In this document: positions 23,964 through 35,168 of the stretch, one piece after another
Position numbering within the stretch: position 1 is the first letter of the stretch
How the letters are laid out: each line of letters begins with the position of its first letter
NCBI GenBank assembly: GCA_943704415.1
Contig: CALSCO010000284.1
Coordinates: 1-51,567 of the forward strand
Source of the DNA: Parvularia atlantis
Lineage: Eukaryota
Reading direction: 5' to 3'
Length of the DNA stretch: 51,567 bases
The notes under the pieces: generated by a model
Database searches by the model: none
Told to the model about the DNA's origin: nothing
Seen by the model: only the letters and a program-made list of their open reading frames with translations
Program-made: the position numbers and the translations under genes

Positions 23964-26460
23964 CGCACTGATGTGCGGCCGGCGCGGCAGTTTGACGCCT
24001 GCAACGACTCCATCAACACGCGCATCGGCCTGGCCGTGCGCGGGCAGTTTTGCACCGCGCTGGCCGCGTGCATCACCTACGGCCTCGTGCTGGACCAGCC
24101 GACGCAGCACTCGGTCCGCGCCGGCACCTCGGATTGCGCATGTTGACGGCACGGCCGCCGCGCAGATGCTTGAGAACGCAGCCGCCGCCGTCGTGTCGTC
24201 GTTCAAGACGTCGCTGCCGGCCCTCGCGAGCATGATCGGTGCATGCCTCGCGCAACTGAGAGCGCGCATGCCAACCGCGAGCGGCAGGACCTGCGCCCGT
24301 CGGCTACACTGGCAACCCGCCGCCGCGCAACACGCTCGCGCACGCGACGTCGCTGTGGGACTTTGTGCGCTCGGCGACGCTCGCGAGCTTCCCGTACGAC
24401 AGCTCCAGTGCGCGCTTGACATGCTCGGTTGTGAGGCGTGGCTGACGTGTGTGCGGTCGGCAGCCAACAGCGAGCGCGAGGTGTCCACCGCGTGGCTCAA
24501 CTCGATCGCGCAGCTCGATAGCGACAAGGCGCTGGGCAGCGACGACAACCGCAAGTTCCGCTGCTTCGTGTGCCAGCTGCTCAAGTGCGGCTCACTGTGC
24601 GCCGCTCCATTCGCTCGACTAATCGCACGGGTCGCACGGCAGCTCGCAGTCGCTCATCGCGTGGATCCGCACGGTGCTGCAGCATCCGCCGCTGCTCGGC
24701 TTCCACTTCGTCGACTGGGCGCTTGTGCGCCAGCCGCAGCTGCGGCAGAACTTGATCGCAATCCTCGACCCGATCAACGGTGCGGCTCGACGTTGCTGCG
24801 AGAGCGCGTGGTGACGGTCGCACCCGCCCAGGCATGCCGTGGAATCTGGCGCTGTATTTTGAGCTGCAGCTGCCGTCGGAGCCGGCCGCGCCGGCCGAGC
24901 CAGCGGTGTCGGCCGCAGCCAAGCTGAGCGCCATCGCCGCGGCGGCCGAGGAGCGCCCGGCTACGAACAGCTTCATGTCGACGACGGCGGTGCGCGTTGA
25001 CTTGCGCCGCGTTGCCTTTCCAACGTCTCGTGAACATGCAGGCAGCGATGGAGCGCTTCAAGCAGATGTCCGAGTCGAGCAAGCAGCTCATCTCCGACTC
25101 GAGCAAGCAGCTGATGGCCAAGGTGGCCGACACGACGGCATCGCTGAGGTACCTCGCGCGCACTGCTGCCAATACGCGGCTGCTGACGTACGTGTGCAGC
25201 CCCGACCCGCTCGTGCAGAAGCTGTCCAACTTCATGCCGGTGCGTGCGCGAGCAGCCCGCAGTCTGCGATCGCCGACAGGCCGCCCACAGACGCAGCCGT
25301 CGCGCTCGGCCGCGGCGATGCAGATCGTTGAGCGCTGCTTTGTCGACCTGCGGCGCGTGCCCGGCGCCCCGCTCGGCCTGCAGCTTGTGCCGGAGCAGCG
25401 CTCGTTCCGTGTGCTCGCCGCGATCACGCTGTCGCTCGACCGCAAGCAGCGCCGCGAGGAGTCCTTTGGATCCTTTGGGTCTGACGACGAGGGCGATGGT
25501 ACTTGCCTCTGCGCACGCCGCTTGAGCTGACGCGCTCGAGCAGCGCAAGAGCCAGAACGCGAGCTCACGTTCTCCGGCGAGGTCATTGCTGTGCGCGGAG
25601 TCGTGCCGCAGACGCCCGCCGCCGCGGCTGGGCTCGTCCAGGTGGGCGCGACGCGGCTGCGCAACTCTGCCGCCTGCTGATCGCACGCGCAGCCGGGCGA
25701 CATTGTCGAGTCGGTCAACGGCACGGACGTCCTGCGCCAGACGGTCAACCAGGCCGCGAACCTGCTGCAGCAGGAGACGCTGCACTTGACGCTGCTACGG
25801 TCGCTGCAGTCGCCGCTGATGTCGCCTGCACCAGGTGCGTGCGCCGCGGCCGGGCTAGCCGTCTGATGCGGGTGCAGGCGTCGAGAGTCCCGTGATCGAG
25901 GCAGAGCGCAAGCCGTCCGGAGTCGCGGCATCGTTGTCGCGCCTGGTACGCCGCCGCCGCGTGGTATTGGGCCGGTTCTGACCAGCCGCCCGTGCAAGCA
26001 GAAGGAGCGCATTTCGCTGCCAAAGCGGCAGAGCAGCGTCGCATCCGTGGCAGCATCAGTGGCGCCCGCACCAGCGCCCTCGACCCCCTCCAACTGGGTC
26101 TACCAGGAGGTTGAGCTGACCAAAGTGCGGCCGCGCACGGCTACGACGGCGCGGCGTGCACTGACACGCCCGCGCACAGATGACCGACGGGTTCGGGCTG
26201 GACCTTGTTGCCCGCGCAGGCGGCGGGCTCGTCGTGCAGGCGATTCAGCGCGGCGGTGCGGCGTGGCACGCCAACTGCCTCGAGGTCGGCGACCTCATCG
26301 GTGCGTCGGCAGCACACGTCGTGCGCGTGCAGCTGACGCCGCGCCAGTGCGCATCAACGGCAACAGCATCCTCGCCAAGACGCACACCGAGGCCATCGCC
26401 ATGCTCCGCGCGACCGTCACCGCGCGCCTGTCGATCATCCCCAAGAGCCAGCAGCACTGA
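20806..26460 (+). CDS. PH + RUN + two PDZ domain scaffold protein, multi-exon
   Basis: PH: EGVLWKLGDKGIGRKIWRKRLF..RLYYYK..WIERL (~20930-21370). RUN-like: RGQFCTALAACITYGL..DDNRKFRCFVCQLLN..DWALVR..LIAILDPINGMPWNL (~24000-24860). PDZ1: GAPLGL..VRGVVPQTPAAAAGL|PGDIVESVNG. PDZ2: DGFGLDL..VQAIQRGGAA..LEVGDLI|VRINGNSI..HTEAIAMLR. Stop TGA 26458-26460. Confidence 0.75.
23931..23960. repeat. (GT)15 microsatellite, intronic
   Basis: Seen directly, inside a GTGCG...CAG intron. Confidence 0.9.
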
Positions 26461-26517
26461 CGGTCCTCTTGGTCTCTGTTTTACTTCTCAGCCGCATTGC
26501 CGTGCGCGACACAAACG

Positions 26518-28213
26518 TCACGTCGCCTGGTCGGCGGGCAGCAGCGCCTGTCGCGCGCGCTTCCACACACCCGGGTCGAGCGTCCACAGCTTATGCTGAC
26601 CCGAGACGGGCACGGGGCTGGCGAGGCGGCGCGGGCGCTCGCAGACGAAGACGTACGGCGAGTCGGACTGTGTGCGCACACTTGCTCAGCAACTCGGTCA
26701 GCCGCAAACAGCAGCAGCGCCGCACCTGCGCCGGCTTGCCACGCAGCGTTGCGCGGTACTCGGCCTGCGTGAGGCACGCCGTGACGTCGACGCAGCCGAG
26801 CAGGACGCTGATCGGGTACGCGGTCGGGAGCCGGTCGGCTGCCTCGGCTGCGGACGAGTTGTCAGCCGGCAACGCACACCAAGCGCTCGCGCACAGGCGC
26901 ACGTTGCGACATCAGGTGGTCGTTGACGACCGCGGCGATCTCGGCGTCTGTCGGGCGCTTGGACGCGGCTGCGATCCACAGCCGGCCGCGGTGAGCCGTC
27001 GGCCACGTGCGGCCCTCGACGACTTTGACGCCATGCACGAGCAGCGACGCCCACGGCTGCCACTGGTGCGCTCGCGCGTCAGCGTGCCGCACGAATGCAG
27101 AAGGCGGAAGGCGTACCATGCTCAGACATAGGCCCTCGTCCGTGTCGGTCGGGTCGCGCTCGAGCTCGTTCGGCCCGCTCGTCTCGGGCTCCTCCCAGTT
27201 GCTGTGCTGGCACTCAGTCGGGCACCGCGTATGTGTGTGTGTGGGGGGGGGGGGGGGGGGGGGGCAGCGCGCACCCGTCGCCGAGGTTGTGCTGCACGCG
27301 CGAGGCCCAACCCTGGGGCCGTGCGATCGTCGTTGAGCCCGCTGCGGGCTGCGGCTGGCTTGGTGCAGCCCCAGCGCGCACAAACGTCGGCGCCTGCTTC
27401 GTGAGGAACGGGTTGACGAACGCGCCCGTGCTGCCGTCGGCGGGGTGCGTTGGAGCGGGCGCAACGACTGTCGTCGCGTCGCCGTGCACGCCCGCGCGCG
27501 TGTTGTCGAGCGCGCTCTCGTAGTCGACCTTGAGCGCCTTCTCCTGCCGACCATCGCGCGGGTGAGCCGTGCGCGCATAAAGCGACTCGCGTGGCTGCGC
27601 ACGCGCTCAGACTCGTCCTGGCTCTCGAGAATCTGGCGGCCGGCGATGTCGATGATGATGCGCCGCGAGCGCTTGGCGTCCTCCTGCGCGCACCGTCAGA
27701 CCCATCACGTGTGCAGGTGGATGCGCACGCACCTTGGACTGCTGTAGCTGCCGCTCCTTCTCGCGCAGCACCTGGCGCTGCTCTTCCGTCAGCCAGCGGT
27801 TGTTCTCGCTCGCAAAGTAGTCGGTCTCGTCGTCTGCCGCAAGCATGAGTGCGCGCATCTCAAGCATGCGGGCACGTACCGATGACCTTGGTGCGGCGCG
27901 CGCTCGTGCGGTCGTACTCGAGCAGCTTGTCCTTGTGCTCCTCGGCCTTGCGCTGCGCCTCGGCCTCCAGCACGGTCTCCTCGGGCGTCATCGCCACGCC
28001 CTTCTTGCGCGTCTGCTTGACGATGCGCTGCTGCTGCTCCTTCGAGAATACCTGCAGCGCAGGTCATAAGCAGCGGCAGAGGTGCACAGACAAGCGCGTG
28101 CACCTCGACGCCGCAGGTCAGGCACGGGCCGGGACCCTCCTGCTCGCAGATGATGCGGCCGCACGTGAGGCAGTTCGTGAGCAGCCCGTGCCGCGCGGCT
28201 GGTCGCGCGCGTG

Positions 28214-28252
<39 letters not shown>

Positions 28253-28763
28253 CGTACGCAGGCAGCACGCACCCTGGCAGCCGCAGTCGATCCGCCCGGG
28301 CAGGACGCGCTCGCGCAGCCCCTGCAGCTCGGCGAGGTTCAAGCGCACGCTGCCGCTGTTTGGCCGCACGGGCGCCGGTGCTGCTGCCGCCGCCGTTGTT
28401 GGTGCCGCTGCTGGTGCAGGTGCAGGTGAAGGCGACGGCGAGGGCGAGGGCGAGGGCAAAGACGCAGTGCGCGCGGGGGACTTGTTGGCCGGCTTCTTGC
28501 CCTTGTCCTTTCCCGCCTTGGGCTTGAACAGCTGCTCGGTCTCGCTCGTCTGCGCGTGAACGTCGACGATCAGCAGCAGCGGTGGCAGAGGTGGCGGAGG
28601 ACGTGCGCGCCTTCTTGTACACGCGCGCCTCGGGGATCGCGAAGCGCGCCAGGTCGCCCGACGCGGCCTCGGCGCTGAAGCGGCGCCAGCAGAAGTCGCG
28701 CGCGAACGCATCGACCGCGTCCGTCTCGCCGAGCACGTCCTGTGCGCGCCCGTCGTCCGCGAT

Positions 28764-28794
<31 letters not shown>

Positions 28795-29008
28795 GACGGT
28801 TGCGCGCCTTGAGGTACGCGCTGATCTCGGCCGCATCCGCCGCGTCCTCGAGCATCCAGCGCGCGACGGGCGCCACCGCGGCCTCGTCCTCAGCGTCCTG
28901 CCACGCCGATGCGCTCGCGCCCGCAACGGCGCCGCCGCCCAGCAGCAGCCGGCGCAGCTCGGCGCGCGTCCACGTCGCGAGCGGCGCCGCCGCCGTCAGT
29001 TGCGCCAT
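26518..29008 (-). CDS. TRIP4: Activating signal cointegrator 1 (zf-C2HC5 + ASCH domain), multi-exon
   Basis: CGCQ|ARHGLLTNCLTCGRIICEQEGPGPCLTCG zinc finger; AEEHKDKLLEYDRTSARRTKVI|DDETDYF; C-terminal ASCH CLSM|WQPWASLLVHGVKVVEGRTWPTAHRGRLWIAAA..YPISVLLGCVDV..SPYVFVC..GQHKLW. Stop at 26518-26520. Confidence 0.93.
27243..27264. repeat. G22 homopolymer next to a short (TG)n, intronic in TRIP4
   Basis: Seen directly. Confidence 0.85.
28216..28251. repeat. (CA)18 microsatellite, intronic in TRIP4
   Basis: Seen directly. Confidence 0.9.
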
Positions 29009-29021
29009 CATTCGGCACGGG

Positions 29022-29076
29022 ATGTGTGGCTCTCTCACGCTTCGTCAGTGCGGCACACTGCTGCCGCCGCTGCTGC

Positions 29077-29108
<32 letters not shown>

Positions 29109-30713
29109 GCAGCGACGGCGCCGTGTGCGATGGCGCAGACGGTGCGCCTGTGCGCGTGCGCATCGCGGTCGCCCCTGCTGACGCGCTCGCAGGACCCGCC
29201 CGCGCCCGCGCCGACCGACCTGATCGTGCTCGCGGGCGGCGTCGTGTACGCGCCCGAGCCGCTGGGACGCCAAGACGTGCTGCTGGGCGGCGGCACGGTG
29301 CTCGGCGTGGTCGATCCGCTCACGCCGCAGCAGCTGGCCGCGCTCGAGGCCGTCGGCTGGGACGTGACCGTGTACGCGCTCAACGGCTCAACCGTCGTGC
29401 CGGGCCTCGTCGACGTGCACGTGCATGTGACCGGCGGCGGCGGCGAGCTCGGCCCGGCCTCGCGCACGCCCGAGGCGCAGCTGTCGCAGCTGATCGACGC
29501 CGGCATCACGACCCTCGTCGGCGTGCTCGGCACCGATTCGGTCTCGCGCAGCCTGCAGAACCTGCTGTTCAAAGTCCGGTGCGTCGCGTCGCTTCCTCGC
29601 TTCGCGTGGTCGTGCTCACGGACAGGCGCAGGGCGCTCAACGCCGACGGGCTGACGGCGCACATGTACACGGGGGCGTACCGCGTGCCCGTGCCCGTGCT
29701 CACGACGTCGGTCATGGACGACATCTCGCTCATCGAGCAGGTGATCGGCGTGGGCGAGCTCGCGCTGAGCGACTACCGCTCGTCCGTGCCGTCGTTCGAC
29801 GAGCTTGCGCGCATCGCGTCCGACTGCCAGGTGCGCGGCAGTGGCGGGGCGGGCGTGTGCGCACGCCCATCCCTGCGCTGACTGGGTGGCAGGTCGCCAA
29901 GCTGATCTCGGGCAAGAGCGGGATCATCCACGTGCACGTGGGCAACGGGCGCACGCTGCTGCAGCCGCTGTGGGACGTGGTGGAGAAGACGGAGATCCCG
30001 ATCACGCAGTTCCACCTCACGCACATTGCGAGCCGCTCGGACGAGCTCAAGGACGACGCGCGCGCGTGGCTCGCGGCCGGCGGCACGATCGACCTCACGG
30101 CCGACACCGACGACGACTCGGTCGCGGCCGACTACCTCAACGCGCTCAAGCGCGAGGGCCTGGTGCGCGGGAGAGCAGCGACGCGCACGCGAGGACGCAG
30201 CTGACCGCCCGCCCCGCCCCGCCCAGCCGCTCGCGCAGGTGACGCTGTCGTCGGACGCGTTCGGGTCGTTCCCGCGGCGCAACGAGGAGGGCGTGATCGT
30301 GGACTGTGCGTACATGCGTGTGCGCTGATCGGGCCGTGCTGACGCGGCCTGTGCGGCAGACGGCGTCGGCCAGCCCACGTCGCTGCTCGTGACGCTGCGC
30401 GCGCTGATCAGCAAGTACGGCTGGACGCTCGGTGCGGCGCGCGGGCGCTCGCGTGCGGTGGCTGACGCCGCGCGGGGCAGACGAGGCCCTGCCGCTGCTG
30501 ACGACCAACGTGGCGCGGATCCACTCGTTTGGCAAGAAGGGGCGCCTCGAGGCCAAGGTGCGCGTGGCGCTGGGCCGCCGGCGCGTCTGACGAGCGGCGC
30601 AGTACGACGGCGACGTGCTCGTGCTGGACAGCGATCTGCAGGTTCAGTACGTGTTCGCGCGCGGGCAGGCCGTCAAGACGCCCGGCTGGGTGAAGAAGGG
30701 CATGTTCGAGTGA
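29022..30713 (+). CDS. iadA: Isoaspartyl dipeptidase (beta-aspartyl peptidase, amidohydrolase family), multi-exon; start ATG 29022 (signal peptide) or 29130
   Basis: VVPGLVDVHVHVTGGGGELGPASRTPE, AGITTLVGVLGTD, MYTGAY, VIGVGELALSDYRSS, SGKSGIIHVHVG, QFHLTH, GGTIDLT, VTLSSDAFGS, KKGRL, and C-terminal KKGMFE*; these are IadA hallmarks. Confidence 0.93.
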
Positions 30714-30740
30714 TGTCGTTTGTGTCTGCGGCTCGTGCGC

Positions 30741-32075
30741 ATGGAGGAGCAGCTGCGCGCCGCGATCGCCGCTGATCTGGCCGCGCCGGACCTCGCCGCG
30801 ACGTGCGGCGCACTGCCGCTGCACCTGCTGCGCCGCGGGGCGCCCGCCGACGTCGCCGCGGTCGCCGATCGCGCGTGGGAGGCGCTGCACGCGTGGCCGT
30901 GGCGCGGCGTCCCGCTCGCCTGGCGCCGCCTCTACGCGGCTGCGCAGCTGACGGCGGCGCTGCGGCTGGCGGCGGACGGCGACGTGGCCGGCGCGATCAC
31001 CACGGCGGATCGCGCGCTGCTGCTGGGCGCGCCGGGCGACGGCGGCGCGGCCGCCCAGGGCGCGATCGCGACGTGGCAGACGCGCCTGCTGCATCTTCAA
31101 GACGTTGAAGCCGACGTTGAAGACGACGCTGAAGACGACGTTGAAGACGCTGACGAAAAAGAGGACGCGCCGCCGGCCAACCTGCCGCGCGCCGCCGTCA
31201 GCGCCGTGCCGCGCGTCGCCCGGCCGTCGCTCGAGACGTTTGTGACGCGGCTGCTGGGCCCCGGCGCGCCCGCAGTCGTCACGGGCGCGATCGAGGCGTG
31301 GCCGGCGCTGCGGCGGTGGCGCCGGCTGCGCTACGTCGAGCGCGTGGCCGGGCCGCGCCTCGTCCCCGTCGAGATCGGTGCACGCTACACGGACGCGGCC
31401 TGGACGCAGCGGCTCATGACCGTCGCCGAGTTCATCGCGCGGCACGTTCGGCGCCGGCGCAACGACGACGGCGACAGCGACGACGCGCCCGTCGGGTATC
31501 TCGCGCAGCACGAGCTGCTGGCGCAGGTGCCGGCGCTGCGGCGCGACATCGCCGTGCCCGACTACTGCTTCTGCGCGCCCGACGAGGACGACACGGACGA
31601 TCAGGACGGGGCCGTTCATGATGAGGACGATCAGGGCGCGGAGCGCGCGGAGGCCGCCGATCACAATCACAATCACGATCACAATGACAACGGGCCACGC
31701 AAGCGCCAGTGCCGCGAGCACCGCCGGCCACCCGAGCCCATCATCAACGCGTGGTTCGGCCCGCGCGGGACGGTCTCGCCGCTGCACCACGACCCGCACG
31801 ACAACCTCCTCGCCCAGGTCGTCGGCGCCAAGTACGTGCGGCTGTACGCGCCGGCGCACACGCCGCAGCTGCACCCGCACGCCGATGCGCTGCTGCACAA
31901 CACGAGCCAGATCGACCTCGACAGCGCCGAGAGCCGCGCGGCGTTCGCCGAGGTCGAGCGCGTGCCGTGCCTCGAGACGGTGCTGCGCCCCGGCGAGATG
32001 CTCTTCATCCCGCGCGGCTGGTGGCACTACGTCCGCTCGCTCTCCCAGAGCTTCTCCGTCTCGTTCTGGTTCTGA
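30741..32075 (+). CDS. KDM8: JmjC-domain hydroxylase JMJD5/KDM8, intronless
   Basis: AWEALHAWPWRGVPLAWRRLY, DRALLLGAP, RLVPVEIGARYTDAAWTQRLMT, GYLAQHELLAQVPALRRDIAVPDYC, NAWFGPRGTVSPLHHDP (HxD), GEMLFIPRGWWHYVRSLSQSFSVSFWF*. Confidence 0.95.
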   Translation: MEEQLRAAIAADLAAPDLAATCGALPLHLLRRGAPADVAAVADRAWEALHAWPWRGVPLAWRRLYAAAQLTAALRLAADGDVAGAITTADRALLLGAPGDGGAAAQGAIATWQTRLLHLQDVEADVEDDAEDDVEDADEKEDAPPANLPRAAVSAVPRVARPSLETFVTRLLGPGAPAVVTGAIEAWPALRRWRRLRYVERVAGPRLVPVEIGARYTDAAWTQRLMTVAEFIARHVRRRRNDDGDSDDAPVGYLAQHELLAQVPALRRDIAVPDYCFCAPDEDDTDDQDGAVHDEDDQGAERAEAADHNHNHDHNDNGPRKRQCREHRRPPEPIINAWFGPRGTVSPLHHDPHDNLLAQVVGAKYVRLYAPAHTPQLHPHADALLHNTSQIDLDSAESRAAFAEVERVPCLETVLRPGEMLFIPRGWWHYVRSLSQSFSVSFWF

Positions 32076-32148
32076 GCGCTCGCACGTGTACATGTACACA
32101 CGCAACCCCCCAGGAGAGAGAAAAAACGCGCTCACGCCCAGCCCGGCG

Positions 32149-34918
32149 TCAGCTAGGGTTGGCCGGGTCGTAGTACGAGTAGTCGGGCTGCGGCACCGGC
32201 GCCCCGCGAAAGTCCTGCCGGTCGTACGGCTTGATGTCTGGTGTCTGCTGCGTCCACGGCGCCGGCGCGAAGATCGCCCCGGGCGGCGGCTGGTAGCGCG
32301 GGATGGCCGAGGCGGGCGCGGCGGCCGGGAGAGGCGCGGCCGTGCGCGGCGGCGACATGGAGCTGCTGCTGCTCGTCGGTGTGCGCATGCTCGGCGGCGT
32401 GAAGCCGTGCGGGTCCAGCGCGGGGCTGCTGGTCGAGCGCACGATGACGAGCAGGAGCGACGGCCCGCGCGAGTTGAGCAGCTGCACGAGGTGGCGGAAG
32501 CGCGACTGCGACACGTAGGGCGGCAGGCGCTGGTCGCCGGCGGCAAGCGGGACGAGGTAAAAGTCCTTGATGGTCGGGTGCAGCTTGGTGTAGCTCGGCT
32601 TGAGCACGCCGCACCGGTCGCGCCCGAGGAAGTAGTCGGCCAGTTGCGCGTACGGGCGCTCGTCCTCGCGTGCACGCGGCGCGAGACGCAGCACGCGGAT
32701 CTCCTTGTGGCCCGACGACGTCCGGACCTTATTCAGGTAGTCCTCGGCCTTGGCCCGCTCAATCCGCCCGTGCGTCGCCAGGTCGACGTCGCCCGTCGCC
32801 CCAAACAGGCCCGCCCAGCCCACGTCCGGGTACGCCGAGCCATCGATGCAGTGCGCGAAGAAGCGCACCTCGGGCAGGCCCTCCATCGCCAGCACGCCCT
32901 GGAACGACACGGCCAGCAGCTTGTCGCCGCCCGCGCCCGCGCCTGAGCCGCTCGTCGTCGCAGCCGCGCGCCGGCTGCTCGGCAGCGGGGGCGTGGTCGA
33001 GCGCCGGCTGGATGAGTGCTTGTGCGCCTCAAACTCCTCAAACGACGGCAGCGCGTCCGGCACTGCGCGCGAGGCAATGTCAGGCGCGCACAGTCGCAGC
33101 CAGACGTGTGCGTACCGTGGCTGCTGCGGCTGCTCGACGTGACGGGCGGCAGCACCGGCCGCGGCACGATCAGCGTCGTCGTCGGTGCGGGTGCCGGTGC
33201 GGGTGCAGGCCCGGGCGGCGTCGTGCTGCCGTCGGCGTCGTCGTCGTCGCCGTCGCGTCCGGTGCCGTCGGCATTATCGCGGCCGTTGTTGTCGTCCCGA
33301 TCGTCGTCCTCGAGCGTCGGCTCGGGCGGCGGCGCGTCTGGGTCGACGGCTGCCGGTGCAGGCTCGGGCTTGGCGGGTGGCACGCTCGCGTCCGCGCGCT
33401 CGATGACGACGATGGGCTCGGGCACGACCGCCGGCACAACCACGGGCGCCGTCGCAGGCATCACAATCTCCTCGCCCTTCTTGGTCGACACAAGGATGGG
33501 CCCGTCCCGCTCCTCCTTCGACATGTGGCTCTCGCGTGCGATCCGTGCCGCCTCCTCGGCTCGCCAGCGCGACAGCTCGTCGTTGGCCAGCTCTTCGGGC
33601 GCCAGCCGCACGAGCGTCTCGGGCGTGAGCTCGCCCGTCACGACGCGCGTGCGCAGCGGCACGTTCTTGGCGTCGCGCAGATTGAACAGAAGCGATCGGT
33701 ACTTGGCTGAGCACGTTTGCGTTGTCAGCGGCGGGCGAGTGTGACGCGGTGCGCGCACCCTTGTACTCCTGCCCGCACTTGTGCTGGCCCTGTACGTTCT
33801 CGGCGTACTGCGCAAACATAGCGACCTCGATCGCGTCGGCGAGCTCGGTGGGCGACGCCGCGACGGTCGTCCCCTCGCCCGCCACGGGCCAGTGTTGCTG
33901 CGCGAGGGCAAGCGAGCGTGAGCAGTCACCGCACCAGCCTGCGTGCGCACCTCGAGCGTCTCCTTCAGCGTCTGCACGACGACGTCGCGCACGCTCTCGC
34001 GCACGGGCCCGGCCGGCTCTGCTGCTGTGCTCGCCTTCGCCTCGCTGGCCTGGGACGACGCGGCCGGCCGCTTGCTGCCGCTCTTCTTCTTCTTCTTCTT
34101 CTTGCTGCCGCCCGAGCGCTTCTTGCTCCCCGCGCCCTCTGCACCCGCTGCACCGCCGCCGCCGCCGCCGCCGCCGTTCATCATCTGCTGCAGCAGCAGC
34201 TGTGCTTGCAGCAGCGCCCACGCGCCGTCGTCCATGCCCTCGGGGCGCTCGTCGCGAACCATCTGCGCCAGCGGCACGTCGTCGGCGTCGGGCGTCTGCG
34301 TCTGCGTCTGCGTCGGCGCCGGCATCGGCGCCGGCTTGCGGCTCTTGCGCTTGAGCTGCGCGCTGATCTCGCGCGCGCGCTTGCGGGACGCGACACGGCG
34401 CTCGCGGTATCGCCGTTCGAGGATCGTGCTCGGGCGGAGCGAGAACGCGTCCTGGCCATTGGCTGCGACGCCGGTCGTGAGCGATCTGGGAGGCCGATTG
34501 GCGCGCGCACCGATCTCGGCCTGGCACAGCCCGCAGATGTACTCGGGCAGGCGCTTGGCGGCCGCCATCGTGAGGCCGAGGCAGCTGAGGTGGTACCTGC
34601 GGCCACGCCCGACGTGAGCACCCCGCACAGCGCACGTGATGCGGCTGCGCACCACTCCTTGCAGCGGTCGCACTGGACCATCTGCGGGTCGCTGTCGTCG
34701 TACGGCATGCGGCAGACGCAGAACAGGCGCCCGTTGGCCGTCTCGTCGTCCTCGTCGTCGCCGTGCCGGCGCATCGCGGCCTCGTCGTCGTCGCTGTCGT
34801 CGTCATCGTCCTCCTCGTCCTCCTCGTCCGCATCAGCCGCGTCCTCGTCCGCCACCGCATCGTCCTCGTCCGCCTCGTCCGCCTCATCGGCGCGCCGCTT
34901 CTTCCGCGCCCCACCCAT
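32149..34918 (-). CDS. PHD finger + TFIIS central domain + SPOC protein (BYE1/DIDO/PHF3 family), multi-exon
   Basis: LFCVCRMPYDDSDPQMVQCDRCKEW|YHLSCLGL..YICGLC (PHD); AKYRSLLFNLRDAKNVPLRTRVVTGELTPETLVRLAPEELAN (TFIIS_M); HGRIERAKAEDYLNKV..YAQLADYFLGRDRCGV..IKDFYLVPL (SPOC). Confidence 0.9.
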
Positions 34919-35168
34919 CACTCTGCTCCGTCTCAAAACAGGCCGCACCCAGCATGGCGGGAGGCCACGCGGCGCACAGAACCGTGACACACGTGAACTG
35001 AACCACCTCTGGCCGCCCTATGTAAGCGTGCCCGCCCTCGCCGCTCGGAGGATCATTTCCACTTTCATCTCCGGCAAACAGCCAGTCGTCTCCACGCACT
35101 GTTATGCCAGAGTGTGAGTTGGCCCGGCCGCCGCTGTTTGACGCATCTGCGCCGTCACGTCGTCACGC

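Noticed and set aside
25069..25113. 24-nt tandem duplication encoding SESSKQLI/SDSSKQLM
   Set aside because: Small in-frame duplication in a linker; no evidence of function.
30408..32675. Long antisense or alternate-frame ORFs (e.g. 755 aa here, 587 aa at 6925-8688)
   Set aside because: Shadow ORFs expected from high GC and codon bias opposite well-supported genes; no domain motifs.
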